From the NCBI RefSeq assembly GCF_014280175.1, contig NZ_CP047931.1, positions 900,001-932,000 on the forward strand: a stretch of DNA of 32,000 nt, read 5' to 3'. Shown piece after piece: positions 10,414-19,960 of this stretch (its first letter is position 1; every line of letters begins with the position of its first letter). The position numbers were made by a program, and so were the translations under genes. The notes under the pieces were generated by a model that was not told the origin of the DNA, did not search any database, and saw only the letters and a program-made list of their open reading frames with translations. This stretch comes from Synechococcus sp. A15-28 (lineage in GTDB: Bacteria; Cyanobacteriota; Cyanobacteriia; PCC-6307; Cyanobiaceae).

Positions 10414-11385
10414 ATGATCACCGTCACCGAGCTGCTGCAACCGGTCGAAACCGATCTTGAGACCCTGCTCGGAGACCTGCGCAGCCTCATCGGCGCCGGT
10501 CATCCCATTCTTCAGGCCGCTGCCGAGCACCTGTTCAGCGCCGGTGGAAAGCGCTTGCGTCCCGGCATTGTTCTGCTGCTATCAAGGGCTCTGGCCGAAG
10601 ACGGTCAGCTGACCCCCAGGCATCGCCGACTGGCGGAGATCACGGAGATGATCCATACCGCTTCTCTTGTTCACGATGATGTTGTGGACGAGGCTTCCAC
10701 CCGCCGTGGGGTCGACACCGTCCACAGCCGTTTTGATGCTCGGGTGGCCGTTCTGGCCGGTGATTTTCTGTTTGCTCAGGCCAGCTGGCATCTGGCCAAC
10801 CTGGATGACCTCGAGGTGGTGAAGTTGCTCAGCCGCGTGATCATGGATCTGGCTGATGGTGAGGTGAAGCAGGGTCTTTTCCGTTTCGACACTGCCCAGA
10901 CCTTTGAGACCTACCTGGAAAAGAGTTACTGCAAAACTGCATCGTTGATCGCCAACAGCGCACGGGCTGCTGGTGTTCTCAGCGATTGCTCCTCGACGGA
11001 GCTTGATGGCCTCTATCGCTTCGGTCGTCAGCTGGGTCTGGCCTTCCAGGTTGTGGACGACATCCTCGATTTCACAGGCAGCGACCAACAACTCGGCAAG
11101 CCGGCTGCCAGTGATCTCGCCAGCGGCTACCTCACGGCTCCGACCTTCTACGCCATGGAGGAGCATCCAGGGCTTCAGGCCTTGATCTCCCGCGAATTCG
11201 CTGAGCCCGGTGACCTCGACCATGCCCTTGAGATGGTGCGCTCTTCCCGCGCCATCCCACGCACCCGTGAGCTTGCAGAAATCTTTGCCCGCGAATCCCG
11301 CGATTCCATCGGCTGGATGAAGGATTCCGCCTGCAAGCGGGCATTGCTGGAGCTGCCCGATTTCGTGCTCAGTCGTCTGTACTGA
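10414..11385 (+). CDS. sds: Long-chain polyprenyl (solanesyl) diphosphate synthase
   Basis: Likely start MITVTELLQPVETDLE at 10414. SLVHDDVVDEAS (first Asp-rich motif), LAFQVVDDILDFTG (second Asp-rich motif), GKRLRPGIVLLLS. Confidence 0.92.
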   Translation: MITVTELLQPVETDLETLLGDLRSLIGAGHPILQAAAEHLFSAGGKRLRPGIVLLLSRALAEDGQLTPRHRRLAEITEMIHTASLVHDDVVDEASTRRGVDTVHSRFDARVAVLAGDFLFAQASWHLANLDDLEVVKLLSRVIMDLADGEVKQGLFRFDTAQTFETYLEKSYCKTASLIANSARAAGVLSDCSSTELDGLYRFGRQLGLAFQVVDDILDFTGSDQQLGKPAASDLASGYLTAPTFYAMEEHPGLQALISREFAEPGDLDHALEMVRSSRAIPRTRELAEIFARESRDSIGWMKDSACKRALLELPDFVLSRLY

Positions 11386-12028
11386 GCAGCTGATCCAGAA
11401 CGACCTCCAAGCTGTTGATGTGCCTTGGGTTCACATCCCTGGGTTCTGTGGGCCTTTGTTCGTTCAGCACCCAGACCCGGCAGCCCGCCGCCAACGCTGA
11501 CGCTGCGCCGGCCTGGGAATCCTCGAGGGCCCAACACCTGTTGGGATCCAGTCCCAGCCGATGTGCGGCGAGCAGGAAGGGGGCAGGGTCCGGCTTGCCG
11601 GCCTCCAGCTCAGGATCATCGCCGTAGACCCGTTCCGTGATTCGCTTCAGCCAGGGATGGGGTAAAGCTTTGAAGGTCACGGCTTCGAGGCTGCTGCTGG
11701 TCACCAAGGCCATCGGAATCCCCCTGGCATCGCAGTGCTCCACCAGCTGTTGCGCGCAGGGCATCGCTTTGGCGTGGGGAAGCAGGGCTCGCACAATCGG
11801 CTGCTGAACCGCAAGCAATGCGTCTGACTCCACCGGAAGCGGCAGCCAGCTGCTCACCAGGGCAGCGCAATCGAGACGTCGGCGACCCTTGAGCTGCAAC
11901 AACTGGTCGCCGCTGAGCTCCGCTCCGAAGTGGGTTGCGGCTTCAGACCAGCCGCGGCTGTGCAACGGCTCGGTGTCGAGCAGCAATCCATCCAGATCGA
12001 ACAGGCAGGCGGCGGGGAGAGCGGACAC
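11369..12028 (-). CDS. HAD-superfamily hydrolase (beta-phosphoglucomutase-like)
   Basis: 219 aa; [58 protein letters not shown]. Confidence 0.9.
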   Translation of the reverse strand: MSALPAACLFDLDGLLLDTEPLHSRGWSEAATHFGAELSGDQLLQLKGRRRLDCAALVSSWLPLPVESDALLAVQQPIVRALLPHAKAMPCAQQLVEHCDARGIPMALVTSSSLEAVTFKALPHPWLKRITERVYGDDPELEAGKPDPAPFLLAAHRLGLDPNRCWALEDSQAGAASALAAGCRVWVLNEQRPTEPRDVNPRHINSLEVVLDQLLSTDD

Positions 12029-12161
12029 GCCATCCAGAGGTTCGGCACCTTCCAGTCAAGCTCGCTGCGGTTCACCGTCTGTCCGACGGATTGATACGGG
12101 TCGTGGAACGGTCGTTCCACTCCTCCTTACCCTTGCAACAACTGTCTTTGGCCCGTCTGCT

Positions 12162-14135
12162 GTGACCGAGTCCAATACGTCGATCGAAAGTGTCCTGCAG
12201 GAGCAGCGGGTGTTCGAGCCGCCAGCAGACACCTCCGCCAAAGCGCGCATCGGCAGCCTGGAGACCTACCGGGCGATGGCGGCGGCGGCGACAACCAACC
12301 CCGATGGTTTCTGGGGTGACGCAGCCCGTCGTGAGCTGCACTGGTTCGAGCCGTTCAATACCGTTCTCGACTGGTCGGAACCTCCCTTCGCCCGCTGGTT
12401 CGAGGGAGGGACCACCAACCTCTCGTACAACTGCCTCGACCGACATCTGGATGGGGCCAAGGCCGAGAAGATCGCGTTGATCTGGGAAGGAGAACCCGGA
12501 GACGTGCGCCGCTTCACCTATCGGGAGCTCCATGCGGAGGTCTGCAAAGCCGCCAATGCGCTCAAGGCCATGGGTATCGGCAAAGGCGACCTTGTGGCCC
12601 TGTACATGCCGATGATTCCAGAGGCTGCCATCGCGATGCTCGCCTGTGCTCGCATCGGCGCTCCCCATTCCGTTGTGTTCGGTGGCTTCTCGGCCGAAGC
12701 CCTGCGCGATCGTCTCATTGACGGCGAGGCCAAGGCCGTGATCACCGCCGATGGTGGATTCAGGAAAGACAAGCCCGTTTCGCTCAAACCGGCCGTTGAT
12801 GCCGCATTAGCGGAGGGTGCCTGTCCCTCGGTGACCGGTGTTCTGGTGGTGCAGCGCACCAAGCAGCCCGTGGAGATGGTGGCGGGACGGGATCAGTGGT
12901 GGCACGACCTTGTGGATCCCCAGAGCAGCGATTGCCCTGCAGAGCCGATGGCCAGTGAGGACCGGCTGTTCGTGCTCTACACCTCAGGCTCCACCGGTAA
13001 GCCCAAGGGTGTGGTGCACACCACGGCTGGATACAACCTCTGGGCTCATCTCACCTTCCAGTGGATCTTCGACATCCGTGATGACGATGTGTACTGGTGC
13101 ACAGCGGATGTCGGCTGGATCACGGGCCACAGCTACATCGTCTACGGCCCCCTGTCCAACGGTGCCACCACGGTGATGTACGAGGGGGCGCCGCGCCCCT
13201 CCAAGCCAGGCGCCTTCTGGGAGTTGATTCAGAAGCACGGCATCACGATTTTCTACACCGCGCCGACGGCGATTCGAGCCTTCATGAAGAGTGGCCGGGA
13301 GGTGCCCGATCAGTTCGACATGGGCAGCCTGCGGCTGCTGGGCACGGTCGGTGAGCCCATCAATCCGGAGGCCTGGATGTGGTATCGGGATGTGATCGGT
13401 GGCAATCGCTGCCCCATCGTTGATACCTGGTGGCAGACCGAAACCGGTGGCGTGATGATCAGCCCCCTGCCTGGAGCCACCCCCACCAAACCGGGATCCG
13501 CCACATTGCCGCTGCCGGGGATTCAGGCGGACATCGTTGATGCGGAAGGCAACAGCTGCGGAGCTGATGAAGGTGGCTATCTGGCGGTGCGGGCTCCCTG
13601 GCCCGGAATGATGCGCACGGTGCATGGCAACCCCCAGCGCTTTCGCGAGAGCTATTGGGAGCACATCCGTCCTGCCGATGGTTCCTACCTCTATTTCGCT
13701 GGGGATGGCGCCCGCCGCGACGCCGATGGGTACTTCTGGGTGATGGGCCGGGTGGATGACGTGATCAACGTTTCCGGTCATCGCCTTGGGACGATGGAGA
13801 TCGAGTCGGCTCTGGTGAGCCATCCCGCGGTGGCGGAAGCCGCTGTGGTCGGTCGCCCCGACGACCTCAAGGGTGAGGGCATCGTTGCGTTCGTCACGCT
13901 GGAGGCAGGGCGTGAGTCGTCAGAGGATCTGATCAAGCAGCTCAGGGCCCATGTGGGCACAGAGATCGGACCGATTGCTCGGCCGGACGAGATTCGCTGC
14001 AGTGATGCCCTGCCCAAGACCCGCAGCGGCAAGATCATGCGCAGGATTCTGAGGGCCCTGGCGGCGGGTCAGGAGGTGAGTGGCGACACCAGCACCCTTG
14101 AGGACCGTTCGGTTCTGGACCGCCTGCGGGCCTGA
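12162..14135 (+). CDS. acs: Acetyl-CoA synthetase (AMP-forming)
   Basis: GTG start [91 protein letters not shown]. Confidence 0.96.
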   Translation: MTESNTSIESVLQEQRVFEPPADTSAKARIGSLETYRAMAAAATTNPDGFWGDAARRELHWFEPFNTVLDWSEPPFARWFEGGTTNLSYNCLDRHLDGAKAEKIALIWEGEPGDVRRFTYRELHAEVCKAANALKAMGIGKGDLVALYMPMIPEAAIAMLACARIGAPHSVVFGGFSAEALRDRLIDGEAKAVITADGGFRKDKPVSLKPAVDAALAEGACPSVTGVLVVQRTKQPVEMVAGRDQWWHDLVDPQSSDCPAEPMASEDRLFVLYTSGSTGKPKGVVHTTAGYNLWAHLTFQWIFDIRDDDVYWCTADVGWITGHSYIVYGPLSNGATTVMYEGAPRPSKPGAFWELIQKHGITIFYTAPTAIRAFMKSGREVPDQFDMGSLRLLGTVGEPINPEAWMWYRDVIGGNRCPIVDTWWQTETGGVMISPLPGATPTKPGSATLPLPGIQADIVDAEGNSCGADEGGYLAVRAPWPGMMRTVHGNPQRFRESYWEHIRPADGSYLYFAGDGARRDADGYFWVMGRVDDVINVSGHRLGTMEIESALVSHPAVAEAAVVGRPDDLKGEGIVAFVTLEAGRESSEDLIKQLRAHVGTEIGPIARPDEIRCSDALPKTRSGKIMRRILRALAAGQEVSGDTSTLEDRSVLDRLRA

Positions 14136-14136
14136 T

Positions 14137-14859
14137 TCAGGTGGACCAGCGGCCGATCACCTCGGTCAGCTGTCGGATGACCCCGACGCGCTTCGGGTCA
14201 TCCGCCCAGTCCCCCAGAACGCTGCGTCTCAGCCCTGCACTGGCTGGGGTGAGGTGATCGCCTGGCAGCTGCAGCAGCTCCGTGTGATTGACCGGACGTT
14301 GCTCAAGCGCTTGAAGTAAGGCATCGCTCTGATCGAGCTGATCCCGACCGAAACGCACCACCAGGTTGCGTTCCTGTTGATAGTGACGGCTGATCAGGCG
14401 CAGGGTCTCCGACGGAGATGGGCTGAACTCGGTTTCAACCCCCAGTCGTGGGGCGATCTCCCCCAACAGCGGAATTGATCGGTCCGCCTGGAAATTGTTG
14501 AAACTGAGGGACACCAGCCCACGGCTGTTCCTGCCCCCATCCGGAGCCAGCAGCTGCAATTTGCAACCGAGGCTGTGACCAAGGCGGAGGGGCGTCGGCA
14601 ACGGGCCGTAACGCTCTTCGAGCTGCTTCCGGGCGCGACGAAAGTCGGACCAGGCCTCCCTGGCCTGGCTCTGATGGTCAAATCCCGGGACATAGGCCCA
14701 GGCGTTTATCACCAGGCCGTTGTTGCCGAGATCCTCCAGCAGCCGCCGATAACTCACCTGGGGCGTGGCCGCCAGGTAACTCCCACCGATGAAATCCACC
14801 TGGCCGATGGGCCGAGCCGGTGTCAGTTGCCAGATCTTCCCCTGTTGGCGCCAGTTCAT
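14137..14859 (-). CDS. DUF1350 family protein (conserved in cyanobacteria and plastids)
   Basis: 240 aa; PARPIGQVDFIGGSYLAATPQVSYRRLLEDLG and LGHSLGCKLQLL, an alpha/beta-hydrolase-like nucleophile elbow. Confidence 0.8.
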   Translation of the reverse strand: MNWRQQGKIWQLTPARPIGQVDFIGGSYLAATPQVSYRRLLEDLGNNGLVINAWAYVPGFDHQSQAREAWSDFRRARKQLEERYGPLPTPLRLGHSLGCKLQLLAPDGGRNSRGLVSLSFNNFQADRSIPLLGEIAPRLGVETEFSPSPSETLRLISRHYQQERNLVVRFGRDQLDQSDALLQALEQRPVNHTELLQLPGDHLTPASAGLRRSVLGDWADDPKRVGVIRQLTEVIGRWST

Positions 14860-14865
14860 CTCGCC

Positions 14866-15333
14866 TCAGCTCTTGAGGGAGGAGATCACCCGTTCCGCCT
14901 CTCGCACGTGGGCCGGACCATCCAACAGGTTGCTGAAGACATGCCGGATGACCCCTTCACCATCCACCACATATGTGACGCGTCCGGGCATCAGTCCAAG
15001 CGCCTTGGGGACGCCAAGGCTGCGCCGAAGGCTGTTGTTCCGATCCCACAGCAGGGGGAAGTTCAGTCCGTAGCGGGTCGCGAAGCGACGATGGCTGATG
15101 GCGTCATCACCGCTGATCCCCCAGACCTCCGCGCCGAGGTTCTCGAAGCTGCTGCTGCTGTCGCGAAAGCTGCAGGCCTGTGCCGTGCACCCCGGCGTGT
15201 CGTCCTTGGGATAAAAGAACAGAACAAGCCAACGACCCCGCGCCATCTCGGGAGTTCGTTGCTCGCCATCCTGATCCTCGAGACAGAAGCTGGGCAAGGA
15301 ATCGCCCACGCCGATGACCATTGGCTTGCTCAA
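14866..15333 (-). CDS. bcp: Thiol peroxidase / peroxiredoxin Q (BCP family)
   Basis: 155 aa; WLVLFFYPKDDTPGCTAQACSFRD with peroxidatic Cys context, VWGISGDDAISHRRF. Confidence 0.93.
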   Translation of the reverse strand: MSKPMVIGVGDSLPSFCLEDQDGEQRTPEMARGRWLVLFFYPKDDTPGCTAQACSFRDSSSSFENLGAEVWGISGDDAISHRRFATRYGLNFPLLWDRNNSLRRSLGVPKALGLMPGRVTYVVDGEGVIRHVFSNLLDGPAHVREAERVISSLKS

Positions 15334-15405
15334 TCAACACAGACCCTAAGCAGAGAACCTCTTGCGCTGAGCGAGACAATCAACCTGGGGACAGGGAGCG
15401 TGCCA

Positions 15406-16176
15406 ATGGCTGATCAGTTGACCTTGCTGGAGTCGGTGCCGGATCAGCGTCCCGATCCACCTGCTCCAACGGGGCCTGCCACGGCGTTGATCATCGACAC
15501 TGAAACCACCGGGCTTGATCCGGAGAGGGATCGTTGTCTCGAAGTCGGGGCGATTTTGTTTGATGTCTCGTCTCGATCGGTTCTGGCGCAGCAGTCCTTT
15601 CTCCTGCCGGTGGAGTCCAATGCGGCGGAACCGATCAACCGGATCCCAGCTGCCGTGACACGGTTGCCTCAGCCCTGGCCTGGGGCCTTGCGTTGGTTCG
15701 ATGAACTGCTGGTAGCTGCAGATGTGCTGGTGGCCCACAACGCTGCCTTTGATCGTCAGTGGTTCGGCAGGGAACCTCTGCCCGCCGTCAGCCACCCCTG
15801 GCTGTGTTCGATGGAGGATCTGCGTTGGCCTGCCGATCGGCAGCTCCGCTCCCGTCCTTCCGTGAGGGATCTGGCCCTGGCCTATGGCGTTCCGGTTTGG
15901 TCGGCCCATCGTGCCTTGACCGATTGCATCTATCTGGCCGAGGTGTTCGCCCGCTGCGACGACCTGGAGACGATGTTGCTGCACGGCCTTGAGCCCCGTC
16001 AGTTGATGCGGGCCAAGGTCTCCTACGACGATCGCCATCTCGCCCGGGAGGCTGGCTTTCGGTGGAACGATCCAGTGAAAGGTGCCTGGACCCGCCGACT
16101 GAGCCGTCGGGAGATCAAGAGCCTCAATTTCCCTGTCGAAGCCGTTGATCCTGGTTCGGAGCGCCGCGCTGCCTGA
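15406..16176 (+). CDS. 3'-5' exonuclease (DNA polymerase III epsilon / RNase T-like, DnaQ family)
   Basis: Likely start MADQLTLLESVPDQ at 15406. ALIIDTETTGLDPERDRCLEVGA, LVAHNAAFDRQWF, HRALTDCIYLAEVF exonuclease motifs. Confidence 0.88.
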   Translation: MADQLTLLESVPDQRPDPPAPTGPATALIIDTETTGLDPERDRCLEVGAILFDVSSRSVLAQQSFLLPVESNAAEPINRIPAAVTRLPQPWPGALRWFDELLVAADVLVAHNAAFDRQWFGREPLPAVSHPWLCSMEDLRWPADRQLRSRPSVRDLALAYGVPVWSAHRALTDCIYLAEVFARCDDLETMLLHGLEPRQLMRAKVSYDDRHLAREAGFRWNDPVKGAWTRRLSRREIKSLNFPVEAVDPGSERRAA

Positions 16177-16194
16177 TCTATCTCTTCCTTCGGA

Positions 16195-16524
16195 ATGGGT
16201 GCTCTTTTGCTTCAGCACTCCGAAGCGACTGGGGTGGTTTCGGCTGTTTTGGCGTCGCTCCACCAGGCTGAATCCATGGCCGTTTTCATCCACCGTTATC
16301 GCCACCCCATCCAGAACCGGTTACGTCAGTGGCAGCAGGTGCGCACCTGGGCGCGACTGATCCGGGAGGCCGAAGCGCTCTGGCATGTGGATGTTCGTGC
16401 CTTACGGCGCATGGGGGCCGAGGAGCTCTCTCAATTGCTTGAAGAAGTGCCTCCGGCTCAACGGCAACGGATCAATCGTTGGTTGGATGGTTACTGCGTT
16501 GCGACACGATTGCGTCGTAAATGA
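16195..16524 (+). CDS. Hypothetical protein, predicted mostly helical, 109 aa
   Basis: ORF between the exonuclease and the pstS promoter, same strand, no recognised domain. Confidence 0.5.
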   Translation: MGALLLQHSEATGVVSAVLASLHQAESMAVFIHRYRHPIQNRLRQWQQVRTWARLIREAEALWHVDVRALRRMGAEELSQLLEEVPPAQRQRINRWLDGYCVATRLRRK

Positions 16525-16605
16525 ACCGCCGCGAGGTCAATCAAAGCCCTTGTTTCGTCAATCACATGAACGAGAACCAGCACGAGGCCTGGAGAATCGA
16601 CTTTC

Positions 16606-16646
16606 CTTAACCTGTCCCTAACGACGGATTCGTTTCTCTTTAGCTA
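16606..16646 (+). promoter_or_regulatory. Pho-box-like array upstream of pstS
   Basis: CTTAACCT-gtc-CCTAACGA-cgg-ATTCGTTT-ctc-TTTAGCTA: four 8-bp units with 3-bp spacers, resembling the cyanobacterial PyTTAAPyPy(T/A) Pho box. Ends 33 bp before the pstS ATG. Confidence 0.65.
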
Positions 16647-16679
16647 CTCCTAGGACGCCAACTTCCCATTAGGCCTCTC

Positions 16680-17654
16680 ATGAGCTTCGCTAAGAAGGCT
16701 CTTCTCGTCTCTTCCGTGCTTGCCCTTGGGGCTGGCATGTCCGCCTCCGCCGCTGAAAAGCTGAACGGTGCAGGCGCTTCTTTCCCCGCCAAGATCTACC
16801 AGCGTTGGTTCGCTGATCTGGCCAAGTCCGGCGGCCCTCAGGTCAACTACCAGGCTGTCGGTTCCGGCTCCGGCCGCAAGGCTTTCATCGACCAGACCGT
16901 GAACTTCGGTGCATCGGATGATCCGATGAAGAAGAAGGACATGGCCAAGGTCAAGCGTGGTGTTGTCCAGATCCCCATGGTCGGTGGCACCATCGCCTTC
17001 GGCTACAACAAGCCCGGTTGTGATCTGAAGCTCACCCAGGAGCAGGCCGTTCGTGTGGCCATGGGCAAGATCCGCAACTGGCAGGATCTTGGCTGCCAGC
17101 CCGGCACCATCACCTGGGTGCACCGTTCTGACGGCTCCGGCACCACCAAGGCTTTCACCAACTCCATGAAGGCCTTCTCCAGCACCTGGACCCTGGGCAC
17201 TGGTAAGTCCGTCAAGTGGCCTGCCGGTGTTGGCGCCAAGGGCAACTCCGGTGTTGCCGGTGTGATCCAGAACCGTCTGGGCGCCATCGGTTACGTCAAC
17301 CAGTCCTACATCAAGGGCAACGTCGTTGCTGCCGCTCTGCAGAACAAGTCCGGTGAATACCTGAAGCCCTCCGTGGCTGCTGGTGCCCGCGCTCTCAACG
17401 GCATTCAGCTGGATAAGGACCTGGCTGGCAAGAACCCCAACCCCTCCGCCAAGGGTGCTTACCCCATCGCCACCCTCACCTGGGTGCTGGCTTACGAGAC
17501 CGGCAACGGCGACGACGCCGAGGTCGTGCAGGAAGCCTTCAACTACATGCTGAGCGACGCTGCTCAGGACAAGGCTCCTTCCCTGGGCTTCGTGCCTCTG
17601 AAGGGCGACATCCTGGCCAAGGCCAAGGCTGCTGTGAACAAGATCGGCAAGTGA
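16680..17654 (+). CDS. pstS: Phosphate ABC transporter, periplasmic phosphate-binding protein
   Basis: 324 aa; signal peptide, LNGAGASFPAKIYQRWFADLAKSGGPQVNYQAVGSGSGRKAFIDQTVNFGASDDPM, VHRSDGSGTTKAFT. Confidence 0.97.
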   Translation: MSFAKKALLVSSVLALGAGMSASAAEKLNGAGASFPAKIYQRWFADLAKSGGPQVNYQAVGSGSGRKAFIDQTVNFGASDDPMKKKDMAKVKRGVVQIPMVGGTIAFGYNKPGCDLKLTQEQAVRVAMGKIRNWQDLGCQPGTITWVHRSDGSGTTKAFTNSMKAFSSTWTLGTGKSVKWPAGVGAKGNSGVAGVIQNRLGAIGYVNQSYIKGNVVAAALQNKSGEYLKPSVAAGARALNGIQLDKDLAGKNPNPSAKGAYPIATLTWVLAYETGNGDDAEVVQEAFNYMLSDAAQDKAPSLGFVPLKGDILAKAKAAVNKIGK

Positions 17655-17702
17655 TGACTTGCTGAGCCGTTGCTCATTCCAACGGTTTCAATCAGTTCCG
17701 AC

Positions 17703-17730
17703 GGGGGCCCACTGGGCCCCTCTTTTTTTG
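17703..17730 (+). terminator. Rho-independent terminator of pstS
   Basis: GGGGCCC-act-GGGCCCC followed by TCTTTTTTTG. Confidence 0.85.
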
Positions 17731-17846
17731 TTCTTTTCTCATTCTTGGACAAAAGTTAGACGCGCCTTAACCGAATCACATCCCGCCCTTTGCCTGGAGG
17801 GCATGTTGTGCTCCATACAGTTCGGATGTATCCGCGGAACATCCCA

Positions 17847-18482
17847 ATGGTTGCGATTCCCTCCCGTGAGCTCTCCCCAAGACGTGACGGTTTCAGGGAA
17901 TTGCTGGAGACCAACTATCAGAAACGCAATCTTGTTCACCTGACGGCCGGAAGTGTCGTTCCGCTGCTCAAGAACAGCATCTGGCTTGTGGTTCGCGGCA
18001 TGGTGAAGCTGGGTGCCGTGTCCGTTCATGGCGATGAGTTGCTGCTGGGTCTCGCCGGACCGAACGAGCCGTTCGGTGAACCCCTGAGCGCCGTTGAGGC
18101 CTATGAGGCAGTGGCCTTGAGTGATTGCGACCTTCTTTGCCTCAGCACCACCGAGGTGGAGCAGTCGCCACAGCTTGCGATCGCGATGATGGATGCCATC
18201 GGTGCCCGATATCGGCAGGCCGAATACATGCTTGCTCTGCTGGGCTTGCGCCGCGTTGAGGAGCGCGTGCGCGGTTTTCTGGAAATGCTGGCCCAGGACT
18301 ATGGCCAACCTTGTGACGACGGCTTGCGACTCAATCTGCGGCTGACCCATCAGGAAATGGCCAGTGCTCTGAGCACCACTCGTGTCACTGTGACGCGCGT
18401 GATCGGTCTGCTGCGTGATGAGGGATGGCTGAAGATCGATGCTCAGCGGCATCTGGTCATCGCCCATCTGCCGCGTCGCTGA
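17847..18482 (+). CDS. ptrA: CRP/FNR-family transcriptional regulator, probable PtrA-like phosphate-stress regulator
   Basis: ORF opens at 17790; likely start MVAIPSRELSPRRDG at 17847 (or MYPRNIP at 17826). cNMP-binding-like fold plus HTH LTHQEMASALSTTRVTVTRVIGLLRDEGWL. Directly downstream of pstS, as described for ptrA in marine Synechococcus. Confidence 0.75.
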   Translation: MVAIPSRELSPRRDGFRELLETNYQKRNLVHLTAGSVVPLLKNSIWLVVRGMVKLGAVSVHGDELLLGLAGPNEPFGEPLSAVEAYEAVALSDCDLLCLSTTEVEQSPQLAIAMMDAIGARYRQAEYMLALLGLRRVEERVRGFLEMLAQDYGQPCDDGLRLNLRLTHQEMASALSTTRVTVTRVIGLLRDEGWLKIDAQRHLVIAHLPRR

Positions 18483-18500
18483 TCAGGGAAACAGGGCATA

Positions 18501-18529
18501 AAAAAGCCGGCACATGAGTGCCGGCTTTT
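18501..18529. terminator. Possible bidirectional terminator between the CRP-family gene and tRNA-Pro
   Basis: AAAAAGCCGGCAC-atga-GTGCCGGCTTTT: strong stem flanked by an A run and a T run. Confidence 0.75.
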
Positions 18530-18571
18530 GACCTATCGCTGAGCGATGAAGTCGGGGTTTGGACGGTTGGA

Positions 18572-18648
<77 letters not shown>

Positions 18649-18659
18649 GATTCAAGTTA

Positions 18660-19028
18660 TCACAGGGCATTCCGCCGTCTGAGTCGTTTCAGCATGCGAG
18701 TGGTGAGCTGATGTCTTGACTGGTTCCCGTATTGCATCAGTCGCATCTCTGAAGCCATCTGACGCATCTCCTTCAGGCTCATGGCCGCCAGCCTTAGTTC
18801 GGGAAGCGTTCGCCAGGCCCGTGCTCGCATCGGCAGTGTGCTCGGTCCGCCGGCCTGGCCAATGCTGATGGTGCCTTCGGCCAGCCACTCAGGGATGAGC
18901 ACCACCAACACGGCGATGAGTCCGTAGAGCTCCACCAGTCCCTTGGGGAGTGGGTGAAGCCGGCGTCGATCCGTCGGGTCCGGCGGAACGCTCACAGCGA
19001 TCCCTGATGGCGATGATGTCCACACCAT
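18660..19028 (-). CDS. Conserved-looking hypothetical protein with one predicted TM segment
   Basis: ORF open from 19133; the ATG at 19028 (MVWTSSPSGIAVSVPP) is plausible. LVELYGLIAVLVVLIPEWL hydrophobic segment, then a basic Met-rich tail. Confidence 0.55.
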   Translation of the reverse strand: MVWTSSPSGIAVSVPPDPTDRRRLHPLPKGLVELYGLIAVLVVLIPEWLAEGTISIGQAGGPSTLPMRARAWRTLPELRLAAMSLKEMRQMASEMRLMQYGNQSRHQLTTRMLKRLRRRNAL

Positions 19029-19062
19029 GCCATCGACCCAGAGCGCTTCCCCAACGCGGTGG

Positions 19063-19224
19063 TCAGATTTGCAATGTCCTGGATGGCGATAGTGATGACG
19101 ACGGAGCTTCCCGCCAGAGCAGCTCAGGCCCACGGCTGGCTTCTGGGGTGCGGGTGGAGAAGACCAAAGCGATCACCAACAGCACTGTCAGACCAATCGC
19201 CACCAGGACCTGACGAGCTGTCAT
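19063..19224 (-). CDS. Small single-TM hypothetical protein (53 aa)
   Basis: MTARQVLVAIGLTVLLVIALVFSTRTPEASRG..., with the start directly adjacent to the msrA stop. Confidence 0.4.
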   Translation of the reverse strand: MTARQVLVAIGLTVLLVIALVFSTRTPEASRGPELLWREAPSSSLSPSRTLQI

Positions 19225-19225
19225 C

Positions 19226-19936
19226 TCAGGCCAAACGGATCGGGGCATTGTCACTGCGCAGTACACAGTGGTTGATGCTCCAGTCGTAGGCCGTCCACAC
19301 CGTTGATGGAAGGCGGTAATTGTTGCCCTCAAACTCCTTCAGCTCAGCCTGGGTGGGCATGGCCGAGCAATAGGGACGACTGCCGGGCTTGGCGAGGTAT
19401 TGCTGGTGGTAGGGCTCAGCAAAGTAGAAGGTCTGATCCGCCAGGATCTCCGTGGTGATCGGGCCGTAACCCTGTTGATTCAGGGCATTCTGATAGGCCG
19501 TTTTGCTGGCCAGGGCGAGGCTCATCTGCTGATCTGTCGTGGTGTAGATCGCCGAGCGGTACTGGGTTCCTGTGTCGTTTCCCTGGCGGTTCCCCTGAGT
19601 GGGGTCATGGCATTCCCAGAACAGTTTCAGCAGATCACTGAAGTCGATGGCTGGAGTGCTCCAGACCACTCTCACCACCTCGGTATGCCCTGTGGTTCCG
19701 GTGCAGACCTCCTGATAGGTCGGGTTGACACGTTCACCACCGGCGTAGCCCACGGCTGTACTGACCACGCCTGGAAGACGCCAGAATCCCTTTTCAGCCC
19801 CCCAGAAGCATCCGCAGGCAAACAGGGCTTCCTCCTGGTCGCTCATCAATGGAGCCCTCAGGGGGGTGCCGAGTACGGCATGCATCGCGTCCGCCGAAGA
19901 CTCACCACCACGTTGGGTCAACCAGGAGGGGAGCAT
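19226..19936 (-). CDS. msrA: Peptide-methionine (S)-S-oxide reductase
   Basis: 236 aa; [73 protein letters not shown]. Confidence 0.96.
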   Translation of the reverse strand: MLPSWLTQRGGESSADAMHAVLGTPLRAPLMSDQEEALFACGCFWGAEKGFWRLPGVVSTAVGYAGGERVNPTYQEVCTGTTGHTEVVRVVWSTPAIDFSDLLKLFWECHDPTQGNRQGNDTGTQYRSAIYTTTDQQMSLALASKTAYQNALNQQGYGPITTEILADQTFYFAEPYHQQYLAKPGSRPYCSAMPTQAELKEFEGNNYRLPSTVWTAYDWSINHCVLRSDNAPIRLA

Positions 19937-19960
19937 GAATGAAGAGAAATTTCGATAACC

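Noticed and set aside
18486-18500. 'gggaaaca' resembling the loop motif of Yfr2-type cyanobacterial sRNAs just before a terminator
   Set aside because: Only a few matching bases, no 5' hairpin, and it lies immediately after a stop codon; more likely the 3' UTR of the CRP-family gene.
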